DNA of 64,000 bases from assembly GCA_951406725.2 (NCBI GenBank), contig OX597831.1, positions 12,028,001-12,092,000 of the forward strand, read 5' to 3'. A program made the translations under genes and the position numbers. This document shows, piece after piece, positions 1 through 13,165 of this stretch; the stretch's first letter is position 1; each line of letters opens with the position of its first letter. Below the pieces are notes generated by a model that saw nothing but the letters and a program-made list of their open reading frames with translations, had not been told where the DNA came from and ran no database searches. Source of the DNA: Octopus vulgaris. Its lineage: Eukaryota.

Positions 1-279
1 ATGAGAAGCATCTATTTATGTAACTGGAAAACATCGCCTTTACCGGACTAAACCCACACAAATATAGACATCTGTAACTGATGCGTTTTAGACTCTATTT
101 TTTGGTCTATTTCCTTTTTCCACTCTCCACCTCTCATCTCATTGGTTTATTTTTTCTTCTAATACTCACCTTCTTCATTTTTCACTTTTATCATATACTT
201 GCTTTATTTCTTCTCACATTTTTCTTGTTGATTACATTTTCTTTGAGTACCGACGCCTATTTCCAACACCACTGAAACC

Positions 280-517
280 CACGTGATCGTCTTCTCTCCC
301 GACTCACACATATCAACCTCTCGGAATCCCAATTTACGCAATTTCTTTCTCAGGCTTTCTGTTGACTAAATTTTTCCAACACTAAAAAAATAAACAGACA
401 GTTAAACTGGTTTACTTCTATAGCAGAAGACTTATCTACTTTGACGGAAGCGGAAGTTTGAAAGAAAAATATAAGCACTATTTCAATATTTGAAAAACAA
501 ATAGACATTAGGTAAGC
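280..517. promoter_or_regulatory. Putative (possibly bidirectional) promoter with first-exon splice donors
   Basis: Tandem ETS motif CGGAAGCGGAAGT (445-457), E-box CACGTG (280-285), locally more CpG. Plus-strand donor AG|GTAAGC at 511/512; minus-strand donor ATGT|GTGAGTC at 308/307. Confidence 0.45.
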
Positions 518-746
518 ACCCTTGGGTGGCCACCGCGGGTTTCGCTGCGTCTGTTATATTTCCTCTCGTTATCAGGTGTTTTCTTCCTGGATGTACACAT
601 ACTATCAAACAAGATCTGGACAAGGCACCTTTATTTCTAAACGTAGTGTAATAACATTCTCATCTTATAAATGCGTATCCTATAACCAGGAATCCGATAT
701 CTGATGTCCAGGGATGAAAACAACTGGAAAACTCGTGAATACAAAA

Positions 747-1325
747 AGGGTTGATGCAAAAATGATTACAGCTTTTGTAATTTGAAACTTTAATGCTTAA
801 TCTAAGATGAATTTTAATTAAACTATATTAATACCGTTGTGAAGTGCAGGTTTCTTATTGTTGATTTATGCCAAAGATGTTGTTCCTCTCTTTATTCTTG
901 TCAAATTAAAAATGGAACATAAGCTTATTCAAACAATTTTATCGCACGAATTCCGAACAGAAAGTAAAACTGCAGAAAGTGCTCGTAATATCAACCAAGC
1001 ACAAGGCGGCGAGCTGGCAGAAGCGTTAGCACGCCGGGAGAAATGCTTAGCGGTATTTCGTCAGTCGTTACGTTCTGAGTTCAAATTCCGCCGAGGTCGA
1101 CTTTGCCTTTCAACCTTTCGGGGTCGATAAACTAAGTACCAGTTACGCACTGGGGTAGATATAATCGACGTAATCCGTTTGTCTGTCCTCTCTGTGTTTA
1201 GATCCTTGTGGGTAGTAAAGAAATAGGTATTTCTAGAGTAGAAAAGAATATCAACCAAGCATTTAATTTGAAGATCAATGAAATAATAATAATAATAATA
1301 AACGTGCAGTTCAAGTGAGTCCGCA

Positions 1326-1375
<50 letters not shown>

Positions 1376-1520
1376 AACACACACACACACACATATGAGG
1401 GGCTGGATTTGTTTTGGCTTTGAAGAATATAACATTTCAAGAGTTTTTTTCCATATATTTTCAGTCGTTTGATAAAACTGAACCATGATGCACCCAAATG
1501 CATATCTGAAACAGCTGTAA
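747..1520 (+). mobile_element. Decayed mariner 5' part (Hsmar1/cecropia-like), interrupted by a SINE and a (CA)n tract
   Basis: TIR-like GGGTTGATGCAAAAATGATTACAGCTTTTG (748-777) resembles the Hsmar1 TIR. MEHKLIQTILSHEFRTESKTAESARNINQA from ATG 912 resembles Hsmar1 FEFKMGRKAAETTRNINNAF; NKRAVQ follows the SINE. Confidence 0.75.
1002..1246 (+). mobile_element. tRNA-derived SINE, family A, with 15-bp TSD
   Basis: B-box-like GAGTTCAAATTCC; core GACTTTGCCTTTCAACCTTTCGGGGTCGATAAACTAAGTACCAG; flanked by AATATCAACCAAGCA at 987-1001 and 1247-1261. Confidence 0.9.
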
Positions 1521-1689
1521 GCCTATGTTAAATAAATAAATGTATATAACCCATTACTTCTGTCTATTATGTGTGTGTGTGTGTATGTGTACGTGCGTGC
1601 TTGCATGTGTATGCATGTATGTATATTGTATGTATATGTGCGTGTGTGTGCATGTATGTGTATTGTGTGTAACAACAACTGAAGACAAG

Positions 1690-1900
1690 GTGCTTCCATT
1701 ATACAAGCAATGTTCTTCATATCTACTCATCCATGAAAACATGTCTAGCCAGGTAGAAATATTACCTTGCTTGGAAACAGGTAAAGGTCGGTGACAGGAA
1801 GAGCACCTGACCACAAAAAAATGCTGCGTCAATTAACTTCGTTTGAACTATGCACGAAAACGTGAACATTAAAAAGATGACGATAATGACGACGGTGTTA
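1690..1900 (+). mobile_element. Degenerate family C repeat variant with (GAT)n tail
   Basis: GACAGGAAGAGCACCTGACC...ACATTAAAAGATGACGAT resembles the 3' end of other family C copies. Confidence 0.5.
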
Positions 1901-2832
1901 TTGATTATAATGATGATGATGACGCGCGCGCGTGTGTGTGTGTTTGTGTGTGTCCTTTACTGGTGTATATTTATGAGAAAATAACCAATAAACTGGAGCA
2001 TTCAAAGAAAAATACCTTTTGATTTTTATTCCAACTAAGCAACACAAACGTTCTATTATCACTTTCACCTTTAGATAAAACAGTAAAACCAGTGATTGGT
2101 TTGTTGTAGCTCGACAGCAAACCAATGGAAAGATGCCATTATTGTTCATAAATTCTAACTTTCAGAATTCCAGAATACGTAATTCAGTCAACCGTATTGG
2201 TTATGAACAAACTAATATATGTTCTTTTAACCAAAAAATCTTTTCACAGAGGAATAAATTAGTTTTCTGCAAGGAAGAAGTGGAATCTAACAGTCATTGA
2301 TGCTACTTCCATAAGATTCTGCTGTTTTCTGTTTAGTTTTAGCATTTTTGTATCAAAGAGTCAAGTTAATGTCACCAAGCCCATTGTAGTAAAGGGGCAA
2401 GTAGCTAATTAATTAATAATAATTAGGAAGGGAGAACTGAAAATAAAGCATTAGCTTAAAAACTAATATAAATCAAATTTGATTTGGGCAAGTATGGCAG
2501 ACAACTCTGAATGTGTTTCAGTTTTATTAAACCTCTTTTGCTAAGCATAGTCTTTTCTCTGCCCCTGTCAGGTTAGTGGTCAGGGAATCACTGTTTCGAT
2601 GTACAATAATGTTTACATGTAGTTGTTAAATTATCATAATGACTGTACATGTGGGTGCTCTCTGTATGAAGGATAGCAGTCAAGTAAGGGCCATTCTCCC
2701 TACATTTATGCAGATGGGCTCCTTGAATAATTTTTAAACAGTCTTTTTTTATAAATTGCAGTGAACTGCATTTCTCTACCTTAACTGGAGATATTCATGG
2801 TTGTCGTTGTCATTTAGTTTCACTAACCAAAA

Positions 2833-2950
2833 CACCACCACCACCACCGCCACCACCACCACCACCACCACTGCCATCACCAATGATGCTACCACCACCA
2901 CTGCTGCTGCTGCCACTGCTACCTCCACCACCACCACCACCATCATCAAC
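2833..2950. repeat. (CAC)n/(CAT)n trinucleotide tract
   Basis: Directly visible; source of the poly-Thr ORF. Confidence 0.9.
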
Positions 2951-3309
2951 ATCGTTTTAGCATGGACACATTTTTCATGTGTCCATGGGACAGATGGAAT
3001 TCATTGAAGAATATTTTTCTAATGGATGGGTGGGTGCCTTTCCAGTCACCAAGCCCCATCTATTTCTAAGCAAGGTAATATAGTCCCATGGCAGGGAAAA
3101 GGGTAAAGACCACCTTCAGTCATGAATGACCATGGGATTGCACCTAGAAAGTTCCCCTTTGAGGTACAAGCCCGGGCCAGGTTGTTTTTATGGAAGACCA
3201 GCAGTCGCCCATGCAAAGCAGTTTCCTTTTTCCATGCCACTGACATTATCCAAGAGAAAGGCAAAGGGACCAAAACAGCTTGGCACCAGTGAGACATCAA
3301 AACTCATTT

Positions 3310-3445
3310 CTACAGATGAGTGAAGTGGAGCAATGTGAAATAAAGTATCTTGCTGAAGAACACAACAACACACAGCCTGGTCTTGGAACTGAACTCACTA
3401 CCTCATAATTGTTAGCATGATGCTCTAACCACTGAGCCATGTGCC
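3310..3445 (-). mobile_element. tRNA-derived SINE head, family D/E
   Basis: Reverse complement begins TGGCTCAGTGGTTAGAGC (A box), then GAGTTCAGTTCC (B-box-like). Related copies at ~16880-17000, 19890-20160, 52530-52670 (-) and 42870-43080 (+). Confidence 0.7.
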
Positions 3446-3719
3446 TTGGCCAACCCACCGCAAAATCACCATTGAAACTGTAGAGATGGTCTTTGTCCCA
3501 GATCCCTTTGCTGGGCTCTGTCCCTTCTTCTGATTTTTTTTTTTGCTTCAGCTTATTAATGTCCAATGTGACCCCCCAACAATGCTTCTCTTTCTTTGCT
3601 TGCTTACCCCCTCATCTTACAGCCTTCAATGACAACCCCCCCTTTTAAAACAAACAAATAATGCTGAAGTGTTTTAATGATTTTCAGGACTCGTTAACAG
3701 AGTTCTTTTTAAATAACAG

Positions 3720-4165
3720 GAACGGGTGAGGCTGTGAGGTAAGAAGCTGGCTTTCTGACCACAAGGTTCTCGGTTCAGTACCAGTGCACAGCAGTTTTAT
3801 GCAAGTGTCTTCTACTATAGCTTCAGGCTGACCAAAGCTTTGTGAGTGGATTTGGCTGATGGAAACTAAAAGAAACCTTTTATATATATATGTGTGTGAG
3901 TTTGTTTGTGTGTGTTTGTTTGTTTGTGTGTGTGTGTATGTGTGTTCGTGAGTGTGTTTGTGTGTAAGTGTGTGTGTTTATACCTCGTCACCACTTGACA
4001 ACTGGTGTTGATTTGTCTCCATAACTAAGGGGTTCAGCAAAAGAGACCGACATAATAAGTACCAGGTTTAAAAACAGGGGGTTGATTCATTCAACTACAT
4101 GTCTTCCAGGTGGTGCCCCAGCATGGCCACAGGCTAATGACTGACACAAGTAAAAGATGAAAAAA
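3720..4165 (+). mobile_element. SINE family B (CORE-like), with internal (TA)/(TG) tract
   Basis: Matches the 40287-40685 copy, including tail GGTGCCCCAGCATGGCCAC...ATGACTGA. Confidence 0.85.
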
Positions 4166-5469
4166 AGAAAAAAGATAAAGTAAAAAAAAAAATTTTTAAT
4201 TATGTTTGACCTTCCCCCCCCCCCCCCACATAATTTAGAAATTTTCCAAAATTAATGGAAATGAATGGAAGGTTAAACAATTAATCCAAACTCAGATAAA
4301 AATCAAAGAATTAATTTTTCTAATTATCAGGAATATCTAATCAAAGAATCTGACACTGAAAGTCATAGCAAAAAATTTGCATCTCAAAGACTGTGTATTC
4401 ATTGCATTTAATGGTCCGAAGAATATGATCATAAATAGCAATGGCTAAAATGGGGTTCCTCTGAAAGATCTCTAAAATGGTAAGAAACTCTCAAGAGAGT
4501 TGAACAGCAGAAGGACTTTGGAGAAGAAACCCCACTCATGCAAGTGCTGGCCCAAACATTCGCAATAGAGTAGACTCCTCTAAATAAACCCAAGACAACA
4601 GAAAAGGGGTGTTAAACAGGGCCACGGATTATGCCTACCTTCGAAGCAAACCATGACAGGAACCGAACTCAGAATGCAGGGCATCAGATAGACCTTACCT
4701 GGTTTAATATCATCACCTGGTCTTTTGAAGCTTTTAATAAAGTGCACCCATCCTGATGGGTTTCAAACCAGATTTTCAGTCTTCTGATAAACTCAGAGTC
4801 TCAGGATAAAATTACAGTTGACTTCAACAAGCCATCGGTCATGTCTTACTCTCTCTTTGTTTTATTGGTCTTGTAGTTTTGTTGTAACTCTTTAGCATGA
4901 TTAATCTGAAACAAGGTGAATAAATAAATATTGCATTCGACGGATTAATCAGAATGTTAAAGGTTCAGATATCCTCATAATCTCTTCTGTGATTCTTCCA
5001 TCTAATGTTGATATTTTGAATGAAACAATGCTCTCCTACAGACCAATGTGGAAGGAATATTTTCTTTTGTAAAAGGACCACAATCGTTTACATGGTAGTC
5101 AATGCTTTGATGTTGACCAAAGGATACCAAGAAAAACTAAGAAAAATACGGAATTTCAATAATTTTTTCTCTTCTTTTCTTTCGAATGGAAATCACAATG
5201 GAGTTAACAAGACCCTTAACCTAATCAAAAGTTGAAATATTTCCTGTTTTCTTGAAGTTGTTTTACAGCAGAAAGTATGAATGACTGGTTAATTATATCA
5301 GCTAAAGGTCACATAGTCGTATATCAATTGATATGTCAAAGATATTAGCGTTTGGTTTGACAAGAGACTGGTTTGTTTGAGGCAGTGAGATACGTAATTC
5401 GAATTGATTTATTTGTTGATGTTGTATGGTTACTCTATCTAGCTGGGCTCACAGATTAACTATTAATAA

Positions 5470-5690
5470 TTATTTCTACTTGAGGCACGAGGCCTTAATT
5501 TTTTTGGGGGGGAAGTAGACTAGTCGATTACATTGACCCCAGTGTATAACTGGTACTTATTTCATTGACCCCAAAAGAATAAAAGGCAAAGTTGACCACG
5601 GTAGAATTTGAACTCAGAACTTAGCAGCAGATGAAATGCCACTAAGCATTTCACCTGGCATGCTAATGATTCTGCCTGCTCACCACCTTA
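5470..5690 (-). mobile_element. SINE family A
   Basis: AAAGGCAAAGTTGACC...GAATTTGAACTCAGAAC is the reverse complement of the 1002 copy core. Confidence 0.85.
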
Positions 5691-6339
5691 GATTAATTAG
5701 TAATAGTAATCATGAATCCTAGATTTTAATAAAAGACTAATTAATTAACTAAATAATTAACAAATAATCATTCATTTAATTATACATCAATGCATACATA
5801 TATATGTATACGTATGCATATGTGTGCATGCATATATACACACACATGCATATATACATATATACATACATCTTTTATCTTTTAGACTGTGGTCATGCTG
5901 GAGCAGCGCTTTGAAAGGTTTAGTTGAACGAATCAACCCCAGTACTTTTTACTGAAGCTTCATACTTATTCTGTTCTCGTTTGCCAAACCATTAAGTCAT
6001 TGATGCCGTAAACAACCCAACATGTGTGTGTGTGTGTGTTTGTTTCTGTGTGTGTTTATGTCTGCGTTTGTTCCCAATACTTTTTATATCGCCCTACCTC
6101 TCTTTTTTTTAGTTTTTTTTCCTTAGCTACAAATTTAATATTCTTTCCATTTGGCATCTGCTTCCAGAAACTCCATACATTTTGCCCGCTAATAATTTGT
6201 TAAAGAGTGGTTTTATTTTCCTCACAAACTTCAGCTCCGCTGGTGACATACCCGCTGGTATATTTGAATTTGGTGTCACATGCTATACTCTTAAGAATTG
6301 TTGTAGAGCTATTTCATCCATGACTTCCTGATTTGACTT

Positions 6340-7130
6340 TCTTAACACTGAGCTCATTGCTGAATGCTATGCTGGCATTTTTACTGCTGAAAATCCCAAT
6401 GTACCTTCTTCAACAACTCTGACATCAAATTCCGTAACATCTGTGAAATTCACACCCACAATGTTGTGACACCACATCAAGAATAAGCACAACTATGCCT
6501 CTCCTGGTCTTGATGGTGTTACTTATTTGCTTCTCAAACGTGGTGGGTTCTTCCTATTGCACCAGCTTTCTTCTTTTTTTCAATTCTGCCTTAACAACTC
6601 TGTCACTCCAGAGCAATGGAAAATTGCCAGTGTCGTTCCCCTGTTCGAAAGAGCTGATTGCACATCACCTGTCAACTACCGTCCAGTCAGCCTTACTAGC
6701 TGCATTGCCAAACTGATGGAGTCCTGTGTCAAAGATACACTCTGGAACTTTTGGAGCTCTCACAGCCTTATTCAACCCTCACAATTTGGTTTTATCCCTA
6801 ACACTAGCTGCTGTAGACAACTCACCGAGTTTCTTGAGGACATCACCCGAGTTACTGATGGCAGCTCATGGGTGGATGCTGTCTACCTTGATTTTGCTAA
6901 AGCCTTCTACTTTGTGCCACACAAACAACTCATGGTAAAACTCTCTGCAATGGGGGTGAAGGATGATCTCTATAAAATTGGATACGACAATGGTACATCC
7001 ACACTTGGAATTTGCATCACCAGTCTGGAATCCCTATCTTGCTTACCATATAAATCTCCCAGAAAATGTCCAGAAACGTACAACAAGACAAATACCCAAC
7101 ATCAGACATCTACCATACTCTGAATGTCTT
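6340..7130 (+). pseudogene. CR1/L2-type LINE ORF2 reverse-transcriptase remnant, internally deleted
   Basis: Motifs ASPGLDG, WKIASVVPLF, NYRPVSLTSCIAKLME, QFGF and YLDFAKAF, then a jump in another frame to the C-terminal VHPHLEFASPVWNPY...ENVQKR; no YADD motif. Confidence 0.9.
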
Positions 7131-7489
7131 TTTCTACGTGACCAGTGCATAGGTAAGACGTATTTTGTTTCATCTCCTGCCAAGCACTCACTTCAGATCC
7201 CCAGTTTACCTTTTCACCTTTCATACTTTTCTTTCCTCCTATCTTTCTTCCCTTCCATCCTTCCACTGAGCCTTCTCATTGTACCTTTGGAACATAAGCA
7301 TCACTATTTTCTTCCTTTTTTTTTTTGTTAGTTTTCGTCATGTAGTGTCCCACATTTTGAAATACTTGCAATTTGTATTTTTACTGCTTCTGTTTGCTCT
7401 GCTTGATACATTTCCAAAATTAAACATTTTAATTACAAATACTATACATTAATGCAAAAATTATTGTGTTTATTGACTATTTTCAAAAT

Positions 7490-7958
7490 GATTACACCAT
7501 CAATAGAAAGTTCAAAGCCAACTTGCTAAGGCAGTAATGAAAGGCTATCAAGACCAGTCAATCAGAAAAACTGATGAATGGGGTCTTGTTTCATTAGGAC
7601 AATGCTTCAGCACACAAGTCCTTGGTTTCAATGGCTGCCGTGCATGACTGGCTTTGAACTGGTTGATCACCCCTCCCTTATATTAGTGATTTGGTTCCTT
7701 CTGGTTATCATCTGTTTCCCAACTTGAAAAGACACTTGGCTGGGCACCAGTATCACTGTGAGGATGATGTCTTATTTGCTGTTGATGACCATTTTGACCA
7801 ACAGAATAGCTTCTTCACCAGTGCCATCCAAGCACTGCAACCACTTATGGAAGTGTGTGGACAGTAAGAGAGGAACTACATTAAAAAATGAACTTGATTT
7901 GGTCCCATTCCACAAGAGTGTCTTGCTCAGCCTACGAACATTTCAGCCGACCCTCATA
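7490..7958 (+). mobile_element. Decayed mariner transposase C-terminus with 3' TIR
   Basis: Frameshifted translation VLFH*DNASAHKSLVSMAAVHD...FELVDHP...DLVPSGYHLFPNLKRHLAG...WKCVD; ends TTTCAGCCGACCCTCATA. Confidence 0.85.
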
Positions 7959-8067
7959 ATAATAAAAATTATTATTATACCTGCATTTGTTTTAATGCTA
8001 ACGATCCACATTTTTCATAAAAAAATTTGGACCTGGGCCACTGCACACAGACACACACACACAGACA

Positions 8068-8106
<39 letters not shown>

Positions 8107-8409
8107 ACACACACACCTTAAAATACTACCATGTTGGTGTTAACTAAATTCCAAAGAAAGAACCTGAGGCAGTAACACTGATAACATAAAAAAGCAGCAT
8201 CTCTTGTTTTCGTTTCCCCGCTTTTTTGCTAGTGTCTGGTCAACATTCTACATCAATTACATTCAAAGTTTCTACCTGGCTCCCTAAATGAATCAGCTTC
8301 TTTTTTTTCTTTTCGAGATAATCAACAATGTATTCAATATCATAGGATGTTCCACAAAAAAATCAAACGTAATCAAAGATGACATCTTCTCCATTGATCT
8401 CTCTTACTT

Positions 8410-8412
<3 letters not shown>

Positions 8413-8452
<40 letters not shown>

Positions 8453-8754
8453 TATATACATACACATATATACATACATACATACATATATATATGTATG
8501 TGTATATATATATATGCACACACACATATATACATATAAATATACATATATATGTATATATGTATTATATGTATGTATATAAATATATATATAAACATAT
8601 ATATGCATATACATATATATACACATACATATATATATATATATGTATATATATATGTATATATATATATATATATGTATATATATACATTCATATATAT
8701 ATACATACATATATATGTATGTATGTAAATATATATTTATATATACATATATTT

Positions 8755-8786
<32 letters not shown>

Positions 8787-8809
8787 ATAAATATGTATAT
8801 ATATACATA

Positions 8810-8846
<37 letters not shown>

Positions 8847-8880
8847 CTACAAGCACACACACATACACACAAATATATGG
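8413..8880. repeat. Compound (TA)n/(CA)n microsatellite
   Basis: Directly visible. Similar tracts at 1327-1393, 8046-8115, 9957-10127, 23518-23620, 29250-29630, 30155-30345, 31230-31610, 33476-33840, 36268-36510, 37180-37390, 38717-38812, 41140-41310, 41888-41982 and 42760-42873. Confidence 0.95.
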
Positions 8881-10019
8881 TTTCGCTCAGCCCTTTGTTC
8901 AACTCTTTTCTTCTTCTTTAAGTAAACACATATATTAAAAGTTACTTGTCAATAAATCAGAAACACACACACACACAAACACACACACTCAATATGCAAA
9001 GCAGGGCAGTTATTGAGCAATATATTATTGGTTTTGGCTGATAATTGCTCGCAATGTTACTATTAGTTTCATGCTAGCTATTTTACTTGGTAATATCAAC
9101 CGTTCTTGAAATATGCTTTGTGGAAGTGTATAAGTTCTTTTATGCTGGGGGTATATACAGAGCCTGGTTGGTTTTGTGTTGGTAAAAAGAATTGGAATGA
9201 AATACAGTGAGAAACAAGAGTTACTTCCGGTGGATTAATGTTAACTGTGGCTGAACTACGTCAGTGGTGTGTGTGTGTGTGTGTGTACATGTATGCTGTT
9301 TTTTTTCCAAAAATAGGGACAGTCATATTGCCAAAACGAATTTCCACTTTTTTTTTTTCTTTGATGTTTCTCTATTTTCATCAAGTGAAGCTGGCATTGC
9401 CCACTTCCATCCTGATATGCTCTAGGGTGTTCAAGCAATTTCCAGACAATATCTTACAGCATGGCTCCCTCTTTTAATCACCATATATAGCTAGTTAACA
9501 TTGTATCATGCACCCTTTAACACAAAGTACCTTACAGTGTGGACTGGGTGCTTTTCCCATGCTGCTTACACTATTGAGGTCACCATGCAGTTCACAGGAC
9601 TATGGTGGTGGTGGTGTTGGGGGTAAATTTGCTTCTAAGAGACAAGAGTATTACTATGAGAGGGCAGGTTCCTGCAGAGGGATTTACTGGGTATTGATCA
9701 GCCCAGGGTTATAATAGATGACATCATCATCATCAACATCGTTGTTTTAATACTAACTTTCCCTTTATATGTCCTGAAAATTCCGCACAGCCTTGGCTTT
9801 TTTGTCTCATTTTATTTAACACATACCTGCCCATACAAGACCCACATTAGACTCCTCACTCGTATCACTATCAAACTGAAATCTTAACTATGGTCCTTCA
9901 TAGCACTTACATAGCGTTACTTACCACCTTGGATCTTCTGGATACCAATACCTCTCATATATATATGAACACACACACACACACATATACATACACACAT
10001 ACATAGATACATACATACA

Positions 10020-10530
<511 letters not shown>

Positions 10531-11573
10531 TGCCAGTCAAATATATATATATACATACACACACACACATGCATAATAGGCTTCTTTCATTTTCCATCTA
10601 CAAAATCCACAAAGCTTTGGTTGTCCTGGGGTCAGACCAAAGACACTTGCTCAATGTGCCATACAGTGCGATCAAACCTAAATCCACATGGTTGGGAAGT
10701 AGACATTTCAATCCGACAACTGTGTCTGATCCATGAACACTTACTAGAAATAGAAGCCAAACATCCCTCAACTGACACCTTACAGCCTTAAACAAGGAAG
10801 TATACATTGAATAATGTATTCTGGGGTGAATGGCATAATTGGAATGACTTTGATTGCATGTCTGCCTTTGGGATCAGGACAGGCTGAAGAAGAAGAAGAA
10901 CAACAACAACAACGCATCTCCTTTACAAATTAAAATATTTAAAATTGAAAAACCAATCAAGATTAATTACTTTAACAAATGGATAACTGATTGCTGCCTG
11001 AAGCTGTATGTTACAAATTGGGAAATATTGATGAGTTTATAATTAAAAATACATTTATAGAGGTAGAGGCTTTTGAAAATGTAAATGCGAAATAATAATG
11101 TTAAAGACTTGGGAATTTCTCAGCATACCTGACAAATGTTTTCCATTCCTTTCTGTCTTCTCTCATCCACAACATTTCAAAGCTCTTGAATGGTACATCC
11201 AGTCTCTTCTACCAATCGGTTGATGTCTTGCATTTACTTGTGTATAAGTTACATCCCTGATTTAGCGTCAAATCTTCGCACAATTTTATTTTCCTTCATA
11301 GTTTTAGCTTTTCCCAATGTCTGTTGCACCTCAGTTTTATCAGTAAAAATCAAGTCGAAACCAGTGTGATTTCTACATGCTGGTCCACAGCTTCCCCTGT
11401 TTACCTTGAGAAAATTACTACAGGATTTCTGCCATTAGCTCTGCTTTGTTATGCTAGCAGGGCCCAATAAATCTCAGCCTGTGTTTGAATATAGTCAAAT
11501 GAAAATTTCGTTTTTGCATCTGGTTTGCAAGATTCTTTATGTGAATTCATGTGTTGGAACAAATTTTGGTGGA

Positions 11574-11660
11574 TCTAGGGAGAGTCATTAAGACAAAATA
11601 ATTAACACACACACTTCATGTGTGTGTATTAATTATATTGGCTTAATGACTCTCCCTGGA
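11574..11660. repeat. Near-perfect inverted repeat (~40-bp arms, 5-nt loop)
   Basis: TCTAGGGAGAGTCATTAAGACAAAATAATTAACACACACA / TGTGTGTATTAATTATATTGGCTTAATGACTCTCCCTGGA. Confidence 0.85.
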
Positions 11661-11899
11661 CACAACAGATGCAAATTAACAACCATAAAAAAGAGAGCTA
11701 TTGGGCACTTAAGGAGCCTTTCCATGAAGGGTCAGGAAAAACCCCTTGTCCTGAGGTGCAATTTTCTTTGCATTCAAATATGAAACTGCCTACTAACAAG
11801 GTCTCTAATTAGCATATAATGAACAATTTAAGCATAAGGATCAAAACAGTAATTTAATGCAAATTACATGTCTATGAATTTGTTAAAATTACAGATTTG

Positions 11900-12280
11900 T
11901 CCATGGCTGTGTGGTAAGAGGTTTCTTTCCCAGCCACATGGTTCCAAGATCAGTTCCATTGCGTGGCATCATGGGCAAGGGTCTTCGACTACAGCCTTAG
12001 GCTGACCAAAGCCTTGTGAGTGGATCTGGTACACAAAAACTGAAAGGAGCCCATTGTGTGTATATGTGTGTGTGTTTCTGTTTGTCCCTGACTGCCTCTT
12101 GACAACCAGTGTTGATGTGTTTACATCCCTTTAACATAGCAATTTGGCAAAAGAGAGTGATAGAATACGTACCAGGCTTAAAAGAAAGAAGTCCTGGAGT
12201 CGATTCCTTCAACTAAAAATTCTTCAAGGTGGTGCCCCAGCATGGCCGTAGTCTAATGACTGAGAAAAGTAAAAGATACA
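11900..12280 (+). mobile_element. SINE family B
   Basis: Head TGGCTGTGTGGTAAG, central TGGGCAAG motif, family B tail. Confidence 0.85.
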
Positions 12281-12506
12281 TAAACTCTATTCATTTTTCT
12301 GCACTTGCAATTCAACCCTGGAACAAAAACAAGCAAAAATCCTCAGCCCTTTGTGGAAGTAGCTCAACCAGCTGAAAAGGTGGTGATGATGATGAAGGTA
12401 CAAAAGAGGAAAAAAGAAATAAAGGAGATGGAAGTGATGGCAATAGTAATAAGACTTCTGGTGTTCATGATGTTTCTCTTGCTGTCTATATATTTATATA
12501 TATAAG

Positions 12507-13165
12507 TAGAATAGATGGTGCGAGGTCAGGAAAGTAAAGGGGTTGAGGAAGGATTTTAGAGCCACAGGAGTGCGCTTTCATCTGGGCAACATGCACATTG
12601 TGAACTGGGGCATTGTTTTGGAGGAGGCAGACCCCTTTGGTCAGTGTGCCACACCTCTATGCTTTGATGGAATCCTGCAATTTCTGCAGCAGAGAAGCAT
12701 AATATTCCCCCTTTGTTGTGGAGCCCTTTGACAGAAAATCCATCATCACTACATCACGCTAATCCTAAAAGACTGTGGGCATCCCCTTGCCTGGTAAGGG
12801 TTGGACATAAGCCTTCTTTGGAGGTGGTGAGTTATCATTTTCCCGTTACTTCGAGTGGACCTTAGTGATGGACCCATGTTTCATCCTGTGTAATAAGTCT
12901 GCTGAAAAAGTCCTCTTCATTTTCTTGGAACATTGCCAAAAGAGCCTGGAAGAAATGACTCGTTCTTGCTTCTGAAAAGGTGTGAGCATCCGGGGAAGCC
13001 ATTGTGGAGAAAACTTTTGCATGTGTAAATGATGGCGAATGATTTTTTTCCATCGACCCAACACTGACCTCCACTTCTTGGTGCTGAATAGTTACGTGGC
13101 AATCCTCCAAAATGGTAGCTTCCACTTTATGGATGGTGTCGCCATCAATACAATCATACAAATCT
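12507..13165 (-). mobile_element. Decayed mariner transposase
   Basis: Minus-strand pieces WLPRMLT, ITQDETWVHH, LLQNNAPVH and PLYFPDLAPS correspond to mariner WVPHEL, TGDETW, HDNA and YSPDLAPSD motifs. Confidence 0.9.

Noticed and set aside
2480-2730. H/ACA snoRNA-like double hairpins
   Set aside because: No ANANNA H box in the correct position; pairing is weak.
4380-4530. Possible LINE RT scraps (NGVP, LKRVEQQKDFG)
   Set aside because: Too short and decayed to support a call.
4960-5260. Possible exon
   Set aside because: No recognisable peptide and no consistent splice pair in any frame.
8288-8921. Many YI/CV/HT-repeat ORFs here and throughout the window
   Set aside because: Translations of dinucleotide microsatellites.
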